The notes under the pieces: model-generated
The model's database searches: none
What the model saw: only the letters and a program-made list of their open reading frames with translations
Told to the model about the DNA's origin: nothing
Shown here: in pieces, positions 59,338-64,000 of the stretch
How positions within the stretch are numbered: position 1 is the stretch's first letter
How the letters are laid out: the number at the start of each line of letters is the position of its first letter
Position numbers and translations under genes: made by a program
Source: Azolla caroliniana
Lineage: Eukaryota; Plantae; Polypodiophyta
Assembly (NCBI GenBank): GCA_043228905.1
Contig: JBHGNT010000006.1
Coordinates: 12,896,001 to 12,960,000 of the forward strand
Length of the DNA stretch: 64,000 bases
Direction: 5' to 3'

Positions 59338-62300
59338 CCGGAATTCCAGAAGAATGCAACAAGACCAAGAGGAGCTAGCGACGCTTGGGGATAGGAATCT
59401 GACGGCAGGTGCAGAGAAAGGAGAGTCTAGTGTACATTGTTTTGTCTGCCAACAGCCCAGACATTACGCAACTCAATGTCCACTGCGCAAGGGAAAAGAA
59501 CTAGCCATAATACGATTACGGCGGAAGTTCCGCAAGTCACGACACAGCAACAAACAAAGAATGTTGACTAGGTTGCACAAGATGAGGTACGCAAAGCGGC
59601 CCAAGCATGGGTAGAAAAAGCAAATGCGGCAAATACGATGCGTATGCGGTAGGAGTCCGCAACCAATGTTGGGCCAATAGAAGAAAACACAATATCCACG
59701 AACCCCATATGGCAAGCATTGGCAGGCTGCGAAATAACCATGACTATGGAAAAACTCCTTCCACTAGTTCCACAATTTCAGCAGGCCGTCCAAGATCGAA
59801 TAACAAGCAAGCCTAGTATAAACGTCTCAGCAAATTTTGCCGAAACTAGCACCGGACCAACAGTGGTGAATCACCACAATCCAACCATTAAGCTAGTATT
59901 ACATAGGCAAGAAATAACGGGCTGTATAATCGATGGGGGCTCAGGCGTTAATGTGATTAGTGCAAAGATGTGTGAGTAGTTAGGAATTTCGGAATGGGAA
60001 GCTTGCCCCTTTTGGTTTTGCATGGCGGATACCCGATCTGTCAGGTCGTTAGGGTTAATCTAGAAACTATGCATCGTCATTGGTGGTCACCACTTTGACA
60101 TCTTGGCGGTAGTACTCACACTCGACGCTCCGGGAGCATACCCAATACTACTTGGCCGACCTTGGCCTCGTTCGGCTAACATCAAACAAAGCTGGCAACA
60201 TAATTGTATCAGTTTCTGACGAGGACACAGCAAAGTTTGTGTACCCACAGAAGAAATGACAACGCAACCCAAAGGAATGACACCATTGTACGCAGAAGAA
60301 AAAAATATGTTGGAAGGAGTGGATGATACAGAGTTGGAAGCATACCTGGAGGAGCCCCCGTGAATCATCCCCCTATTCGAAATTGACGTAATAGAAACCG
60401 CGGCGGAGTACGCTACTCCCACTACACTTCACGAAGAGGCTTATGAACCAAACCTAGAGACGATAATGGAATTAAACTGAGCATGGGCCGCATTCAAGAA
60501 AGAAATGGAAATTTCACGATGAGTCATTGCCTCGGCATTGGAAGAAGTTAACGTAGGAATGACAACGGATCCCCGATTACTCTCCATCGCAAAAGACTTA
60601 CTACCGGATCAGAAAGAGGCAATGTTAGCTCTACTCAAGGAATACAGAGATGTGTTTGCATGGTCCCACGAAGACATAAAGGGATTAGACCCAAAATTCT
60701 ACCAGCATAAGATCAATTTAGCTACCGACACGAAACCTGTTCAAGAGCGTCGATACCGAATGAATCTGAATTACGCGGCTCACGTAAAAGAAGAAATTGA
60801 CAAACTTCTCAAGGCGCGATTCATTCGACCAGTCAAGCAAGCTACATGGCTGAGTTCGATAGTCGTAGTCTCGAAGAAAAATGGAAAAATCCGCGGTGTA
60901 TGGGACAACAGCCGACCATCTGAGTCATTTACGACTGTGTCCGGAGCGCTACTAGGTTGCACACTTAAGCCTGAATCCAGCCAAATGTGCGTTCGGCGTC
61001 ACAAACAAAGCCCTCCTCGGCCACATCATCACCAAGGAGGGGATAGCGGTGGATCCTAATAAAATCTCCGTGATCATTCAAGCAAAAACGTCGACAACGG
61101 CCAAAGCACTCAACCGTTTTCTAGGACAAATACGTTGGCATAGTCGTATGTTACGATATTTGGCGGATTTCGCCACGCCGTTTCATGCCGCCATCCACCG
61201 TGCACCTTTCAACTGGACGGCAACTGAAGACAAAGCGTACGACGCGCTTAAAATAATGTTGACTCAGGCATCAATCATACAACCACCAAATTGGGGGGAA
61301 ACCATTTCACGTTTTTGTAGACGCCTCAGACATAGCGATAGGTAGTGCGTTGATGCAGCTCACGGAGCCAAATTGGTATAGACCAATGTATTACACCAGT
61401 AGGAAGCTATCAAAGGCAGAGCGTAACTACTCCACAACGGAACGAGAAGCGTTGGGGATGATATACAACATCAATAAATTCCAACATTATCTACAGGGGC
61501 GGAAATTTACGTTTCACGTGGACCATACGGCATTGCTATACCTTGTGGGGAAGCAGGCGCTAACAGGAAAATTGGCTAGATGGATGTTGTTGCTCCAGGA
61601 GTTCGACTTTGTTATACAGCATCAACCTAGTACGCAACACGTTGTAGCGGATTTCTTAAGCAGGATAGATAATGGAGAAATGGTGCGAAAGGATGACGAC
61701 GACTTTCTTGATGCAGATATCCTACGGATCGCAACTATAGCGACACGTACAGAAAAAAGTTTTTCCAATCGTTGGTTGATGGCAATGACAATCTTTTTGA
61801 CACAGGATTACCACCGCCACAATTAAGGACGGACGAAAAGAAACGATTGGCCGTTCGAAGTTGTAACTTTTGTTTGGTCAAAGGGGTCTTGTATCACAAA
61901 GGCAGCGACGGGATCTAGCAACACAGAATACGCCAGGATGAGAAGGACGTGGTCTTACACAAAGCTCATTGTGGTACGGCAAGAGGACACTACGCGGGCG
62001 ATGTTACGGCTCGTAAAGTCTAGCAAGCCGGCCTATGGTGGCCGACTACGCAAAAGGATGCGTATGAATCTTGCAAACAATGTGATCTGTGTCAACGGAT
62101 GGGCCAGCCCACGAAGGTCGCAAGGATGCCACATCAACCAGTGTTGCTGTTGGATCCATTCCAAAAATGGGGACTCAATTTCGTGGGGTCGTTTACATCG
62201 GCAGCAACTCGGACTGGCAATAAATATATACTCATGGCTACTAATTATTGCACCAAGTGGGTGGACGCAAAAGCACTACAAGAAAATATCGCGGCAGTGA

Positions 62301-63429
62301 CAACAAAATTTCTTTACGAACACATCTGGTGTTGTTTTGGCTGCCCTATCGAGCTCATCAGCGACCAAGGAAGCCACTTTCTAAATTCGTTCATCCGAGA
62401 GTTGACACAACACTATGCCATTGTCCACAAGAAAAGCAAGCCATATTATCCACAGGCGAATGGTTTAGCGGAGTCCACGAACAAAACGTTACAAACCATA
62501 CTAAAAAAGATCATCAATGAGAATAGAACAGACTGGGATACCAAATTACACAGCGCGTTATGGGCATACCGAACCAGCTATAAGACTAGTGTATAATCCT
62601 CGCCTTTCCGGCTAGCATTTGGGCTAGGGGTCGTAATGCCTGTCGAATTTCAGGTACCCAGTGTGCAGATTCAGGTACGAGACCGGCTATTAGAAGACAA
62701 ATCCGAACAAATACGACTATAGCATCTGCTCGAACTAGGCAAGACACAAGTATGAATCATGGCCATACTGGAACAAGAGCAGCGTCGACGTAAAGCATTC
62801 GTGGACCGGCATCAAAATGCGTGTGAAAAAGATTTTGCGGTCGGCAAAGCGGTCTTAGTCTTTCAAACACGGATGGGACAAATGCCAGGTAAATTAAGAT
62901 TCTGTTGGACGGGGCCGTACTGGATAGTTGGCACGGAAAACAACACGCTTCAACTAGGCACTCTAGTCGGAGAAGTGTTACGACAAAAGGTGAATGGGTT
63001 TCAACTAAAACCCTACCTGGGACCGGTGGCACCAAACCCGTTCAATGCCATAAACGACACGGCCGAAGAATACGCGAATTAATTAAAGGGACCCACCTGT
63101 ATTATAGTGTAACAATAATATTGTATTTAACCGTTAGAGAAAAAAAGAAAAGAAAAAGATAGTGACGCTATTAAAAGGACTTGATGCATGCACAAACTTC
63201 TAGAGCAAGAACACGCGGCACCACAATGGCTCACAGACCAATGAACCCTAGGCCACAAAAAGAAGAAAATAGAAGGTTTTCTGCACAGTACAGAAACCAA
63301 TCTTCAACCTTTAACCCTCCTCGCTCTCGTCGATCTCCTCACTCACCTTACTCCCCATCATACCACAAAGCCCACGTTCGCCATAGCCAGCAAACCTCAC
63401 CCACTACCCACGAGTCTCACCCACCTACG

Positions 63430-64000
63430 ATGCCGATCACTATTTCTGCCGCCTTGCGCAAATGGCTCCTCGAAAAGAGACTAGATGGATATATCAAAGT
63501 CACTGAGGCACCTGCTCACCCTGAAGCCCTAGAAATTGCCAGGAAGCTCAATATAGACACGGTCACCAACGCTACCATCCGGAAGAAGCTTAACTTATCA
63601 TAGCTCGGAGAAAAACATTTCAACATCCCTTCTACGGAAACCTTGCAAAAATATTTCGGGGCATATTCGGTGTCCGCCAAAGCATACAGGACGAAGGAAA
63701 TCCCCAGCCCCTTCTTTCAAGAAATAGCCAAGTTTTTGTTGGAGGTAGGATGTGTGCACGTAAATGCCTATGGGATGCCAAAGCAGAAGGCAGGCAGGCA
63801 TCATTGATACCTTCGAAGGGCGCGCGGTCGATTGGGGGATAATTACGGGACCAGCTTTACGGGAAGGTTTGCACACGTATCAGGGCGGCAAAAAGCTAAG
63901 GCCAATCATACAACAGTATCTGACAATACTATTTCCACCCCGAGGTTTGCCCACAGCACAACCCAGCAAACCCATGCCGCCACCACGTTCCGCAAAACGG
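63430..64000 (+). pseudogene. Extra ORF downstream of pol (unknown function), disrupted and truncated by the window
   Basis: MPITISAALRKWLLEKRLDGY... continues past a stop at 63601 and a frameshift into ...FEGRAVDWGIITGPALREGL.... Confidence 0.55.

Larger units (their letters stand above)
56255..64000 (+). mobile_element. Non-chromovirus Ty3/gypsy element (Athila/Tat-like, tRNA-Arg PBS), decayed, 3' end outside window
   Basis: 5' LTR about 56255-56726; PBS at 56731; gag 57192..57638; PR IIDGGSGVNVI; RT remnants; RH; IN 62099..62596; WTGPY; extra 3' ORF. Confidence 0.88.

Overview
This window is entirely transposon-derived, and I see no host gene. It is a deeply nested array of plant-type LTR retrotransposons; the families present suggest a non-seed land plant (inference). 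Contents: three decayed chromovirus-type Ty3/gypsy copies (Tcn1-like; chromodomain seen in one), three Tnt1/Tork-like Ty1/copia copies (one complete with a GGAAG TSD), five fragments of a second copia family, two young tRNA-Trp-primed non-chromovirus gypsy elements with related solo LTRs, one tRNA-Arg-primed gypsy with an extra 3' ORF, and a foldback MITE. Strongest signals: (1) antisense tRNA-like (Pol III A/B-box) modules in the U3 of seven LTR types from two gypsy lineages; (2) the Trp-primed lineage makes 4-bp TSDs centred on CpG at all five junctions seen and hits homologous spots in copia RT; (3) a conserved G_GAU_UUU plus stem/pseudoknot -1 frameshift signal between protease and RT; (4) a 56-nt copy of mature tRNA-Arg(UCU), CCA included, at a PBS; (5) a three-LTR chimeric element. 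All comparisons were made by eye, and clade names are tentative.
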